DNA of 64,000 nucleotides from Lophium mytilinum (lineage: Eukaryota): contig MU004181.1 of the NCBI GenBank assembly GCA_010093605.1, positions 1,054,001 to 1,118,000 of the forward strand, in the 5' to 3' direction. The notes under the pieces were generated by a model. The model saw only the letters and a list, made by a program, of their open reading frames with translations, was not told the DNA's origin and did no database searches. This document shows, one piece after another, positions 25,066 to 38,774 of this stretch; position 1 is the stretch's first letter, and the number at the start of each line of letters is the position of its first letter. The position numbers and the translations under genes were made by a program.

Positions 25066-25832
25066 GGCTCTAGTATAAAGGGGTCGTAGAAAGTGAGAGC
25101 TTAGTGAGCAGTAGATCGCTCTTATACGCTCAATATGCTGCAGCCTGGCGGAAGGGGCTGGGGCTGAGGCCTCACACCAGGCGAAGACGACGCGTTTCAT
25201 GACGAGTCGGATACGAGTGAATGATATAATGCTATAATTAAATTTGGTTTAGTTTGGATCGTTCCTGTGCAATTGCGACGAACAAAGTGCTGTTCTAGTG
25301 TCCCTTGCTCCTCCTCAACTCCGCGTGCCGCGCGATCTGAAGCTTGGACGCTCAGATCTGGCTTCAACCCCCACGTCCTACTTCAATACTCATCGTCCCA
25401 CCCATTAGCCTGCATTCCTATTCACCTCAGAGACTGCTTCGATCGTCTAATCAGACCACAGAACGATACCGGCTCTCGATCAACCCTGCTGACCCATCCG
25501 CCCCATCGATCGCTACCTCAGCATCGGTACCTTACTTACCCTTGCTTTTGACCTGTTGTTTACTTCCGCGTCACGACGCGCTTTATGGGTCAATATGCGC
25601 CTTTGAGCTACTCGTTGTAATTTACGCTGTGGCTAACGAAGACCATGTCGTGCAGGCACTTATTCCTTTCGACCGTTCCAGACCAACTATCAGCAGTTTC
25701 ATCCAATCTCACAATCGTCTTCGCACTGAGCTGCGTGCATTTTCGAGCTGAAAAAATTCCGAGACTGCTTTAGGCTTACGCGATATTAATGCTATCCGAG
25801 ACTTAGGATACGGTACCTTGCTGCCAAAGGCT

Positions 25833-28800
25833 ATGATACCGGAAAACTCATTGCACGAATACGAGGATACCAGCTCCTTGGGCCACTACGACCTTTCTCC
25901 CCCCAGTGACGCCACTACAAGATCGGAGCATGTCCAGGACGGCAAACACCACTCCGTACAAGCATACAACTCGTTCAAAGATGTCTCGATTATCGAGCTT
26001 CTCGAACATGCGGAAGGGCCCATTTTTGTTGTCGACATAAAAGACCTCGCATACCTTCGGGCAATAAAGTTAGTTGTAAGGCTTCCAATAACGTATCAAA
26101 ACCAGGTCATGCGAACTTCCGGGGTATTACTCAACGCTGTAAATGGACAGAATGAGGCGGATTATGCCCGTTTCCGGGCTTGGATACTTAGTGTGTCTAA
26201 GACTGGGCAAGATGAGAATCACTCATACCAAGATTTCATCTGGCACGCCTATACTATAAGAAAGAGGTGGCGTATTATTAGCGGGGTCCGCAAAGGCATG
26301 AGGTCACTTCTAGACCAAAGAGATTCGTCAAATGTGTCAGGGCTTTTACCTAACTCCAGCGAAGCGTCATCCGAGAATGCTTCTGCAAGATTCAAGGACA
26401 GACGAACGAATACTAAAGATTCTCTGCACGGCTCTTCTGCTAAAACTATCTCTACGAAAGATTCTGCCGACTCTCCGCTGTCTCTGGAGAACGACAAAGT
26501 CCCAGCAACCCTTGAATCAAGTAACCTAGCTTCCGAGTCATCAAACTATGCCGACTTTGTCCGAGGGTTTGACTGGGGCTCGACGGCGCTGGGACCCATG
26601 GACTCATGGTCGCATCAGTTGCGCACGATGGTTGATATGATCATTGCCACTCCGACTCCAACATTTCTACACTGGGGCGACTCTCAAGGTCGAGAGCTAG
26701 GCAACACCCCCAGTCTTGGCGAAGGTGCCGCGATATTGACGCAATGCTAATAAATATAGGTCCCCAACTAACTTGCCTGTACAGCGAATCTGCTATTCCA
26801 TTCGTCGGTACTGGACACCCGTTTGCATTTGGCAAGGACCCTCGAATCGCTTTCGAGAACGGCATGAACGCGCTGATGCCTTTCATTCAGAAAAGCTTGA
26901 TCACTAAGCGAGGCGTCAGGGTAGACAACTTACCAGTTTCCATGGACAGGGGGTTCGGATCAAATGAAGAAACGTTCTTCTCTCTGGCTTTGGTCCCAAT
27001 AGTCGATGGCGAGGATACAATCATCGGATGGGTCCAACAGACTTTCGAACAAACGAAAGTAAAGCTTGCAGAAAGGCGAATGGATACGTTGCTCAGACTA
27101 AGCGAGGGTATCACATCTTGTCCCAATCGGAAAATCTTTTGGGGTCGAACTTTGCAGGCCATTAGCCAGAATCCACGCGACATTTGCTTCGCCCTTCTTT
27201 ATTCTAGCACAGAAAGTACAGAAGTGCGGAAACGGAGTCTGTCTGAGCTCGCCTCCGATGGGTTTCAGGCCAGGAATTTGGGGCTTGAGGGAATATTCGG
27301 AATACCTCCCAATCACCCCGCCGTCTTGAACCGACTGCAAATTGAGGCTAGTCGAGGTCAAGAAGGATTCATACCCTACTTCACTAAGGCTTTAGATATC
27401 TCTGAACCCTTGCACTTACGACTTACCGACGGTACTTTGCCCGACTATCTTGTCGCGGGGATAACAAGTCCCACTTTTAGCGATGCCTGCGACGCCGTGT
27501 TGATATGCCCAATTCGATCAACAACAGGTACTCCGTCAACTCATAACACCGCTCTTGGGTTTCTGATCATTGGATTAAACCCACGCCGGCCATATGACGA
27601 CGACTACCGCTCCTTCATCAACCTCCTATTACGACAAATCCAATCTGCAATGGCATCCGTACTTCTACTTGAGGAGGAAATCCATCATGGGCTGTCCATC
27701 GCGGAACAAGCTGCGGTAGAGCAACGAAACATTGAGGAGGAAATGGCTTCGCGTACGGAGGAACTTAAAAGGAAAGAGGGGTATTACAAGCGTCTTTGTG
27801 ATATAGTGCCCGTGGCGCTTTTTGTCATGGAGTAAGTTACTGCACGACCGCCAATTGTGTTATTGTTACTAGGCCATGCTAATGAGTCAAAGATATCTAC
27901 CCGGTGACACAAATGGCTCGTACACATACAGAAACGACAAATGGTTTGAGATGACGGCTGACGATCGAACGGTTTGTCCCAGTCAATGCGTTTACGAAAA
28001 TCTGCTGATGGTGTCCCGACCTTCAGAATAAAGCTTCTTGGAGGTCGCCCATTTGGTACATTTCCCTTCTCATATCTTACTTACTCAAGCAAAGTATTAA
28101 TGACCTGCCAGGGAAAGACTTCATCCCGATGATGCTGACTCGACCCAGGAGGGCTGGCTTAGAGCCACAGAAGGTGCTGGGACAAGAATGGAGTACCGAG
28201 TGAAGATGAGAGGCGCCGAAGATGACCACAGCCCAGAAAACTACAATTGCGTCCTCTTGAACGCCGTTTCGTCTCGTAATGAGGACGGTTCCTTGAAGGC
28301 GATAATCGCAACTGGCTCAGACATTACGGTCAACAAAGTAGCAGAAGTTCTGCAAAGACAGAGAATAGAAGATGCAGTCGAGTCGTAAGTGACAGCTCCT
28401 CGTTGCTTGAAGTGAATGTCCCGAAGCTAATGCTACTCTAGCAAGCGGATCTTGGAGCAATTCATTGACGTAACCAGTCACGAGATGAGGAATCCACTCA
28501 GCGCTATCATGATATCAGGTATGCAGTTTCTTTAGTGCGCTCGCAGAGCACCTGCAATCCCATGAGGAATTGGTACAATGATGTCTACTATGCGCTGTGC
28601 TGACTTGTCACAGCTGAGGATATCTTCAAAACTACTTCTAGTTTGAAAGCTGCAATCCAAGGCCAGAACCAGTCAGTTCTTTCGTTAGTCGAGGAAATCA
28701 AGGATGCGGCGGAGACAATCCTTCATTGCACCCAACATCAAAAACGAATAGTGGATGATGTTCTCACAATATCAAAAATGGACTCTGGCCTCTTCAACGT

Positions 28801-30283
28801 TAGTCCGGAAGAAGTGAACGTCGTGAAAGTGGTGAAGCACGTACTCAGGATGCTTGAGAAGGATTTCACTGCCAAAGACATACAAACCCGTCTAGCTATC
28901 GAAGATTCCTTTACGGAACATGACATTGGATCTGTGCTACTCGATCCGAATAGATTGGTTCAAATCCTAATGAACTTGCTCACAAACTCCATCAAGTTCA
29001 CCGCGGGAAGACCGACTCGGGTCATAACCGTGCACCTCGATGCTTCTCTGGAAGAGCCCAAGCATGACCATGGTGGCGTTGAGTTTTTGGTTCCAAAAAA
29101 GCGAAAAGAGGATCTGACACTTAGACCGGAGTGGGGCGAAGGCAGAATTATGTTTCTCATTTTTGCAGGTAAGAACATCGAAAAGGTCTTAGCCTGTTGT
29201 CTAAATCTCGTGTAGTTGAGGATAGTGGTTGTGGACTCGAAGACACTAGTATTCTGTTCAACCGCTTTTCGCAAGCACCGAAGACCCACGTCAACTACGG
29301 TGGTTCTGGTCTTGGCCTTTTCATCAGTCGAGAGCTCTCAGAGATGCAAGGTGGAGCGATTGGTGTCTCTTCTGTCTTCGGACTCGGCAGCAAATTCGCA
29401 TTTTACATCAAATCCCGACTGCCTGTATCTCTAGTTAGGCCACCTTTACCTAATTTCGAAGCCTTCGAATCCTTGCGGCCTATGCCCGCCGACCTAGCCG
29501 TAGGAACTAGTTTCAGCGTACCACCAGACCTAAATACTTTGCAATCAGAGCCTAATCAGCCCAGTTGGGTAGACAAGGGCACGGAACCGAGTCCTGCCGT
29601 ATCGCCCAACGTAGCCGCCCGTTTCGCAACCACAACTCCACTCACGTCACCGCCCGTGTGCTTTGACGTCCTCCTCGTTGAAGACAACAAGATTAATCAA
29701 CAAGTCCTATCAAAACAGCTACGAAAAGCTGGGCATGGCGTCAGAATTGCGAACCATGGCGTTGAGGCTATTGACGCTATCAACGAAAGCGTTTACTGGA
29801 GGGGCCATGAAAGCGATGGCGTCCATCTCTCTGTTGTGCTCCTAGACATTGAGATGCCCGTCATGGACGGACTCACGTGTATCAAGAGAATAAGAGAATT
29901 GCAAGCTGAAGGAATAGTGGTCAAGCACCTACCAGTCATTGCAATCACCGCGAACGCAAGGGCAGAGCAAGTGAAGGAGTATCACGAGGCAGGGATGGTA
30001 AGACCTCCTCTGATGTGATTTCTTTGCCTTTCACTCTCTTATTGTTTCTTCTTTCACGCTCATCTTGGCTTCCTTCAACTCAGACCGCCTCCCTCTCTAT
30101 TCGCTCCCTGCTTCTTCCGTCTCAAGATCACCTTCTTGTACATCTCCGTTCTCATTGAATGCTAATTGAGCAAAGGATGATGTGATTTCAAAGCCATTCA
30201 GCGTTCCCAGCGTCCTCGCCACAATGGAACGTCTAGTTCACCAGTACGGGAAGGCTAGTTCCGGGCTGTGTAAACCAACCTAG
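25833..30283 (+). CDS. Hybrid histidine kinase/response regulator (PAS/GAF-like sensors, HisKA, HATPase, receiver; group I-like)
   Basis: About nine exons. PAS NDKWFEMT/WERLHPDD; H-box FIDVTSHEMRNPLSAI (exon 28442-28518); N-box QILMNLLTNSIKFT; G boxes EDSGCG and GGSGLGLFIS; receiver LLVEDN, LLDIEMPVMDG, ITANAR, DDVISKPF (last exon 30176-30283). The exon-1 donor is uncertain. Confidence 0.93.
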
Positions 30284-30681
30284 AAGACACCAAAATGATC
30301 ACGCTGTATTTCTACGCTTCTCGGTCCGAAGTGTTATTATAATTCCACCTAGTTCTGCTTTTGACTAAAGCATCAAACTACCTCATTCTGATTATGTACC
30401 CCAGCTACTCCATCCCCACCCCCTTCCGCTTTCAATGTATCGTGTTCTCCACAAATCTGATTGCACATCGAATAAAGCAATTAGCCATATGAGATACCTT
30501 GGCTTGAACGCAATAATGAACGTTTTGCCTTTCCCACACTGCAACTGATCAGCCTTTTCATCACCAGTGATTTCAGCTCCGCAGATCTATAGCAACTCGG
30601 CCATTGCCTTGTTCCAGACCACCTTTATCCATAGACTACCATTTATCCCAGAAAAAACATGATATGCTCTCAGATATCCTT

Positions 30682-31607
30682 TCATGGTTTCACAGTACGG
30701 CTATGCTCTGCAGAATGAGCTCCCTCACTCGTGAGCTCTATCATCGAGTCCGTCGTCGAGCCCCGCGATTTAAGTTGGCTCGGATACCAGATAAAGAAGC
30801 CAATCATCACCAACAGCATCAACGCCCCATCAAACGCGTACGTCGGCCACTCGTTATCGAACAGATAGCCGGATCCCATGATAAACTCAACCATCCGATA
30901 GATATTCCGCACCAGAATCGCTGGCGACGTCGCGTACAGCATGCTGAGGCACGCCTGCCACGGGACATCGCGCGCAGCGCCAGTCTCGGCGACGTGTGCT
31001 CGAAACCGGATGTTGAAGGACACGCAACACACCATGAAGGCAATGAACACGATGATCTGGACGCCCAGCCCGGCGACGACGATGGCGTTGCCGATGTGGG
31101 CTTTTTCTGGGTGGGAGACCATACCGGCACCGCCGCCTTGGATGTTGAGGCAGGCCCAGTCGCCGGAGACGAAGACGATGGTCGTCCATCGGGGGGAGAG
31201 GAGCGAGAAGGTTTCTCCGTGAACCGCGCGGATGCAGTGGGAAAACACCATGTATAGTGATGCGGCGAAGAAGACGGGAGGGAGGACGAGGAAGATGGAT
31301 TGGATTAGGTAGGGGCCTAAGGTGCCGGTGGAGTAATAGGATGCTACTCGGGCGATGTAGCCGATTACTTCGACTAATGGGATGGAGTGTCAGTGGTAGA
31401 TTTTGGGGAACGGTTGGGTCTGGACCGTGACGCACAAATGCCGCCGACGACGAAGGGAATACAGAACCACATCTTCTCTTTAATCATCTTCCAGGTGTGG
31501 ACTGTGGTTATGAGGCTGAATAGAGCGGTAAAGGCGATAGCGGCGGGGAGACTGGGCACATAGTGCCATAGGTAGACCTTTCCCTCGTACATTTCGAGTG
31601 TCGGCAT
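30682..31607 (-). CDS. RTA1-like multi-pass membrane protein (lipid-translocating exporter family)
   Basis: Exons 31607-31436 and 31373-30682. LWHYVPSLPAA, PFVVGGIFEVIGY, PPVFFAASLYM, FVSGDWACLNIQGGG, VRNIYRMVEF, NEWPTYAFDGALM. Confidence 0.93.
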
Positions 31608-31972
31608 TTTGATTATGAGGGATGGTAACACAGTACCTAGGAATCTAAAGGTTTTACGGGAAGGTGATATGATGATAGGGAAAGGCGCCAAATTCAAGGT
31701 CGAAATCTTGTCAAAATGCTGAGGAAAGCTAGGCTAGACGAGAAGGTATTTTGAATGATGAACAGCAGAACGAGGTCAGTGTATCCTTATAACGACAGTC
31801 CATGATTGACTCCTTGAACAGTGCTGCGGAGACGCGTATGCAACGATCACACTCTGACGCCGGTCAGGGCTTGGCTGGTATATACATATCGCACCTTTTC
31901 AAACACCTCGTCCCCCTTCTCGCATCCTCGTCCGCATTGAGCTTCAGCGTCCAAGCTTCCATCGGCGGGATC

Positions 31973-32246
31973 AGCCGAACACGCGTGTTAGCTAAGCAGG
32001 ATCTACCGCTATCGCGAGCGGCCAATGATATAGATCTCTACTACAACCTCACATTGGCTGAGGCTCTGGTGCGAGTCCTTTCCGAGACGACATGAGGAAA
32101 GGTGGAGGTTGAAGGATCTGAGCAATTCTTGGCGCTCACGCATCCCACTCAGCCCCGAGCTACAGAGTCTCATCCAAGGAACACATCTATCGTCGGGGGC
32201 TTTCCTCGACGTTTAAGCGACCAAACTGCAACACGCGTGTTCGGCT
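31973..32246. promoter_or_regulatory. 17-bp inverted repeat pair, each copy containing the palindrome AACACGCGTGTT, in the divergent promoter
   Basis: AGCCGAACACGCGTGTT at 31973-31989 and its reverse complement at 32230-32246. Confidence 0.55.
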
Positions 32247-32298
32247 AGCTCCACAGCCTAGCTACCAAAGTCGTTCATCTTGCCCTAGATCTTACGCT

Positions 32299-33659
32299 AT
32301 GCTTCGTCGCAGCCACAAGAAGTTCCGAGGGGGTTGCTTAGAATGGTGAGTCGCATGGAAAGGGCCTTTACGTGCCCAGGCCTCTATACTCATCCTAGTT
32401 CCCCTGAACATATACTAACCTTGGCTGGACCAGCAAGCGACGACATGTCAAGGTAATGCTCTATGAATGATACGAGCGCATCTTGACTAACTCTGAGCCT
32501 TCCTAACCATCAGTGCGATGGACGCCGCCCCGTATGCCTCCTATGTACCATGTCCGAGCGGGACTGCAGCTATGCATCCCAAACCCCATCAGAGAAAGTC
32601 TCGCCATCGGGTTCATCTTCACATGAGCAGTCTGCAAGTCCAGGCGACAGTCACAGTGAAGGGGGTTTTACCCTGGCTGCCGCTTCCTTCTCTACTCCCG
32701 ACTCATCAGAACAGTCAAGTATCCAAAACGAACAAGACCCAACCATTGACGATGCCATCAACTTGAACCACATGGAACTTCTCGTCCACATAACCTTGAG
32801 CCACGACATGTTCAATCTCGGCCATAGCCCTAACGACTGGCCCACTGACTTCTCATTCGCCCTCAAGACAGGCCTCAAGGAGCCATATCTCATGCATGTG
32901 CTACTCGCTTTCTCCGCTCGCCATCTAGCGTTCCTACATCCTCAGCGTTCCGCCTTCTACCTCCATCAAGCAATGACTCTGCAAACTCGCGCCGTATCGC
33001 TCTTCAACGCAGCCTGGACTGGTGTAGACCAATCCAATTGCGTCGCCATACTTGGCTTTTCTTCGATCTTAGGGCACCACCTTCTCGCCGACACACTAGC
33101 CAAGCGGGATCCGGGCGGTTTAGAGGGGTTCATCGCCCATTACACGCAGTGCGTAGAGATGCATAGGGGTATCTACACTATCGCCACAAACGCATGGCCG
33201 TTGTTGATGGCGACCGAGCTGCAACCAATCCTATCGCTTAGCGCAGACTTCACCTCACGAACGCCCAGAGGCAACCACTGCCAGCGGATCAGGGAGCTGG
33301 TAGACAGCGCTAACGGGCTAGAAGAGGAGTACAAGGAGGCTTGTCGACTGGCGATCCAGTACCTGCAGGTCGGGTTCGACGCGGTGTTAGCAGAGGAGGT
33401 ACCGGGCCACCGCTACGAGATGATCTTCTCGTGGACTATGCTAGCGCCGCCAGAGTTCACGTCCTTGTTGGCCTCGAAGCGGCCGGAGGTTTTGGTCTTG
33501 CTGGCGTATTATTCGTTGTTGCTCCATTACGGCAGGAAGATGTGGCAGGTTGGGGATGCAGGGGCGTATATATTCGAGATTATTGTGGACTATCTGGGCC
33601 CAGAGTGGGATCATTGGCTTGAATATCCTCGGGAAGGGATAGCTAGGACTGTCGATTAA
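32299..33659 (+). CDS. Zn(II)2Cys6 transcription factor, Upc2-like (sterol uptake control type)
   Basis: The zinc cluster is split over three exons: MLRRSHKKFRGGCLEC / KRRHVK / CDGRRPVCLLCTMSERDC. C-terminal motifs MELLVH, PYLMHVLLAFSARHL, PEVLVLLAYY. Confidence 0.92.
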
Positions 33660-34305
33660 CCTCTTTAGTCGTTCTGGAGCTTCTGGCCGCCTGTCCATAA
33701 ACTTCGCTGGTACGGGAGCTCTTTTCAATGGGTTCCGAAGCGTCTACCTCGAAGAACACCCATTTAGACTTATTCTAGACCTGATGGCATTAAGAGAATA
33801 GGAGAAGTTGAGACGTACAATGGGAGGACGAGTGATTATCTACCAAAAACGCGGAGCCGAGTACCGGCGCCATAGCTTCAACAGCTTCCCCTCCACTCAA
33901 ATACCTCATTCACCAACGCCCACTCTTGCCTAGACCCCCACCCGTTCGTACACACACTACATCCATTGCATTTCTATCCGGCACACTCTCCGGCTCCGTC
34001 GCAATTGAATAGTGCCCCTCGCGTGACGTAGCGCAAGGAAGAGCGCTCAGGTACAGTTTTCGTCTCGTAAAGTTTCAGCCCGCAAATCACGTCAACCACG
34101 CCTGCAATCACGAAACTACCAAATTCGCATCCCCGCTCCGCTCATTCTTCAACGCGCATCCACTCCCTTCACGCCCGCAACGCCAAGCAGCACTTCTCCC
34201 TCTCTCCGAGCCTCCGCGGAAGCTTCCCTAGCTAATCAGCATGCAGCGAGCTCCTGCAAAGCTCCCAGCAATCCGTGGCGGCGGGCCACGCAGGGATCGC
34301 GCACC

Positions 34306-35497
34306 ATGGCGCAGGCGCATGAGGAGCAGAGATCTCCCGCCGGCGGAGGGGGCCAGCTGTCGGCAGCCGTTGAGGAGCAGCAGCAGCAAGCGGGCCTTCG
34401 CGTACTGTCCTCAAGCAGCTCGTCTTTGTCCTCGAAGCCTCTCAACACCCCCGAGACCAAGCCGCAAAACACATCAATTGGGACCGCACACCCCCAATTG
34501 ACATCGCCGTCGACATTCACGGCCTCTGGGCATAGCGATAAGAGCCCAGCCGCCCGAACGAAGGAAAACTCGAGCCTGGACCCTGATCCACCGCAACAAT
34601 CCCTCTCCCACCGCCCCAGCATCACTTTCTCCTCCGCCTCCTCCATGGACCGGCGCCGCGCGCGGCGCGTGCCTGCGGACGGTGATGGCAGCGCGGACGA
34701 GACGGTGCCGATTATCTCGCGCGAGCAGGGCGGGCATGCGCGCGACTACCAGTCCATCTCGCCGCAGATACGGGCGAAGCACGCGGGCGGGACGGCGATA
34801 CCGGGGAATGGAGTAAATCGCGAGCGACAGGAGCGGGAGGCCGAGGCGGCGGCGGTGGCAGCGGAGGCCAAGGAGGGGCGGTGGTGGAAGAAGGTGATTG
34901 AGAAGTATGGGAGCGTGGAGTTGGAGAACAAGGGGAGTGTGGCTAGGGATCATTTGGCGCTGGGTATGTGTTCAATCTTTCTTCTACAGCCGCATTGAGG
35001 TGTTCCTTTCTCAAATGTTGCTTGGGGATGTCTTTTCGACTTCGCGAGCTCCGATCCGATTCTGTTACCTCCTCCTGCTACCCCACCCCCTACTCTCATC
35101 ACTCAACCAATTAAACCCTAATCCCCCTCTCACAGAACGCACCTTCCTCGCCTGGCTCCGCACCTCCCTCTCCTTCGCCAGCATCGGCATCGCCATCACC
35201 CAGCTCTTCCGCCTCAACACGGCCATCGCCTCCTCCAACCCCCCTTCCGCCACCGAGTCCCCCCGCGCAAAGCTCCGCCACGTCGGCAAGCCCCTCGGCG
35301 CCACCTTCATCGCCATCTCCATTCTCATCCTCTTCATCGGCTTCCACCGCTACTTCGAGTCCCAGCACTACGTCATCCGCGGCAAGTTCCCCGCCAGTCG
35401 TGGGAGTATACTGGTTGTTAGTGTAGTCGCCGGTGCGCTGATAGTTGCGAGTTTGGTAGTTGTGTTGGCGATTGCGCCGGGGGCGTTTGAAAAGTAG
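34306..35497 (+). CDS. DUF202 domain membrane protein
   Basis: Exons 34306-34963 and 35136-35497 give [26 protein letters not shown], followed by three hydrophobic helices. Confidence 0.9.
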
Positions 35498-36143
35498 GCG
35501 AGGGAGTGTGGGGAGATGGTGACATGAGATTGGGCGCGCTTTTTTAAATTATTAAAAGCATTGGGATCTGGCGTTAGGAATTTCGCAACGACTGATAACG
35601 ATTTTCACGTAGCAAGCGGCCTCAATTTACGTACGCTTCGTTGATTGTTTGGCTGTTGGAGTTTTGGGTTCTGGGATGTTGGATCTAGTCCCACCAGAAA
35701 GAAAGAAAATTGAGATGGACATCGATTATCGAACCTAGAACCCATCAACATACACAAGCACATGTCATGTGAAATATATCCGATCGTTGTGAAGTGGAAT
35801 GTCACTTTGATTTGCAGGCTCTGGGGGCCCTAATTATCTACCTACGTTCCGGCTGGCTTTTCGTGGGTCACACGACAGCTCGTTATCACACATCAAGAAG
35901 GGGTAGTGTTTGCCTCTCAAACAAGCTCAACAAGCCGTCCTCCGCGGTGGTGAAAACTCGCGTGCACTGCCGCCAATGCTGGTCTCCTGACCATGCCAAA
36001 TAACCGTACGCCGCACAGGGGTGGACTGATGCTCAACCAGCAGAACAAAAATCCACAACAGTGCGGGGGGCCCTTTCCCCAAGCCAAGCCGAAATCAGTT
36101 ATCTCGTGGAGTCAATGCGTCATTGGATGCTTCCGGAGGCAGC

Positions 36144-37820
36144 TCAGTCGTCCGCGGAACCGTCCATCTGCATCTGATTGTTCATGTCTTTGGTGGACTT
36201 GCCGGCGCGGGAACTGCGGATAACCTTCTTCACCATCTTTTCCACAGAGTCCCAGTCGTGGTGGTCGACGGCGATGAGGTCGGTCTTGAAGTGGGCAGCA
36301 ATGTCTGCGAGGGCCTGCCAGCTGCCGCGGTCGTGCACGAAGCTGAGAGCGACGCCGACACGTCCGAAGCGGCCAGTGCGACCGATGCGGTGGAGGTAGG
36401 TCTCTGGATCCGGGGAGCCGTCTGCGTGGGTGGGGATGTCCTAGATCGATTGTTAGTAGCTGGTGCGGAAATGAGAGGGCGGAGTAGCATACGTAGTTGA
36501 TGACCATGGTGACGGACTGAACATCGATTCCACGCGCAAGCACATTTGTCGTGATCAGCACCTTAGCCTCACCATCCCGGAACTTGTCGATGATCCTGTC
36601 GCGATCAGGTCCCTCCAGGCCACCGCTTAGTTGGGCAACGGTGTGGCCTTCGGCGATCATACGGTGTTCGAGCTTGGCTGCCGTAGCACGAGTCTAGTCG
36701 TGTTAGCCTGTGTCATTATTGTTGTTGCGTGGGATACTTACTCGGACGAAGATGATAGAGGAAGCGGTAGTCATGAGGCCGTAGAATTTGAGCAGCACAG
36801 CGAATTTGTCTTCCAACCCGTCGCAATCCAGGTACAGCTGCTTGATACCCTCGATCGTGAGCTCTTCGTGCTTGAGGGTGATTTGGTTGGCATTGGGCGC
36901 AAAGACTTGAGCGAATTCGAGGACATCGGGAGGGAATGTCGCCGAGAAGAGAACAGTCTGAATATTCCGGGGAAGCATCCTTTGCAAGTTAGTACCAAGC
37001 CGTCAAAGGGTGCATGATGGGCTTACTGTTTCACACGCTTGCACTGGTCGCCCAAGCCCTGTTGATCCAGCATGTTGTCGGCCTCGTCAAGGACAAGAAT
37101 CTGAAGCTGCTTCGAGTCGATGTACTTCCTCCTCACCATGTCCATCACCGTGCCTGGAGTTCCAACAATGATCTGGCCTTCGAACTTCTTGTTCCTGTGT
37201 GTTGGGTCCGGGATAGCTGGGGTCACGACCAAGCCTTCCATGAACTGTCCCATGTGCTGAATGACGCCTAGTATCTGTCGGGCCAGCTCTCGGCTTGGGG
37301 CGAGGACCAGCGCTTGGGGAGTCAGGTTGTTGAGGTCGACGCGCGTTAACATGTTGAGGGAAAACGCGGCTGTCTTTCCAGTACCGGATTGGGACTGCGC
37401 GATCATATTTTGGGGAGGATTGTGCAGAAGTAGGGGTAGAGCGCGCTCTTGGATCTTGGACGGCGAGCGGAAGTTCATCTCCATGATTCCTCGAAGGAGC
37501 TCCGGCTTTCTGAAGGTAGAGTTAGTCTCAGCGCGGGCAACATGACAGATACAAACTTACAGGTTCAGCTCCTCAAAGCTCTTGACAGAGAACAGAGGGC
37601 TGTTAGGGTCGGCTTGCATGTCAGCCAGCTTGACCTCGACCTCATATTCGGGCTCGATGAGGGCGGGCTCTTTGCCTTCCGGGATGCCTCCATCGAGCTG
37701 GGAGTCGGCGACAGAGGAGGGCGCATCGTCTTTAGAGGGCATGGTGATGCGACTCTCGAGGGAGGCGGAGGTTAAAGCTTCTGGTTTGGCCTCTGTAGCA
37801 GCAGGAGTAGTGTCAGCCAT
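36144..37820 (-). CDS. DBP5: ATP-dependent DEAD-box RNA helicase Dbp5 (mRNA export)
   Basis: Exons 37820-37561, 37509-37027, 36979-36742, 36693-36493, 36440-36144. [69 protein letters not shown]. Confidence 0.97.
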
Positions 37821-38774
37821 GGTTTCGTGAGTGAGTTTGTATGGCTGTCGGCAGGCAGACGGCGACGGGTGCGGGCGCGGGTGCTTGCAGAAGCGTGTGT
37901 GCGCGCAGAGAGAGGTGGCAGCTGGTGTAGGATACCATGCAGCAGTGGAGTGTAAGAGAACAAGCGAAGACTAAGCGGATGTGTTCAAGAAGTACGGTGG
38001 TGGGTGACAATAGCTATTGTGAGGTGAATTTAGGTAGCTCGCGTCGCCCGCCCCACCAAACGGAAAGTCTTGGCGAGGCGGTGTCCGGCCCTGCGTGCCT
38101 GAGGCGTCAACGCGAGGCGGGGCTGTTAAATGCGGCCCAGGTGCTCCGCAAGGCTGGCTACGATGTTGAATAGCCTTTAACGTTGCTAGCAAATAGCAGC
38201 AGCAGCAGTTTGAAAATAGGATAATATTTCTTTGTCTTGAAAGTCGACAAGGCACTCCTTACAGGCGCCGCTTAGCCATGATATATATATTTCTTCTTCT
38301 ATTTGCGTGGTCCGTAGATGCATATGTTGCTTCTCTTTGCAGTCAAGTCTAGCGCCTCAATCATAATCTCATTGCTGTGTTACCTCTGTACAGCTCGTGC
38401 ATATATCCTTCCCGATTTGGTAGACGGTTTTGATATTCTACCAGGGTCTGATGGCGTTCCAAAATTGAAGAGTATTGGAATCCACCTCCATCTTAGCCAT
38501 AACAGAGAGACTCAATAACTCATAGCCCCGCGGATGGTTAAAGTCAGTAGACTGTTCAATGATACCTAACTTCCGAATTCCATAAAGCGGCGTGGCTGCA
38601 TAGGGCTTGGCAGCTTTTGTTATACGAATGCCCAGGGCCGCAACGGCTGACCCCCGCCAATGAGCCACGACGTCCTTCGGCGCTGCAATTCACTCCCGCG
38701 ACCACCGCCCTGGACATGTCTGCTGCGGGAACACCACACGACCCCGCCTGCTACTTGCTAAGGAGTCTAAGGCC

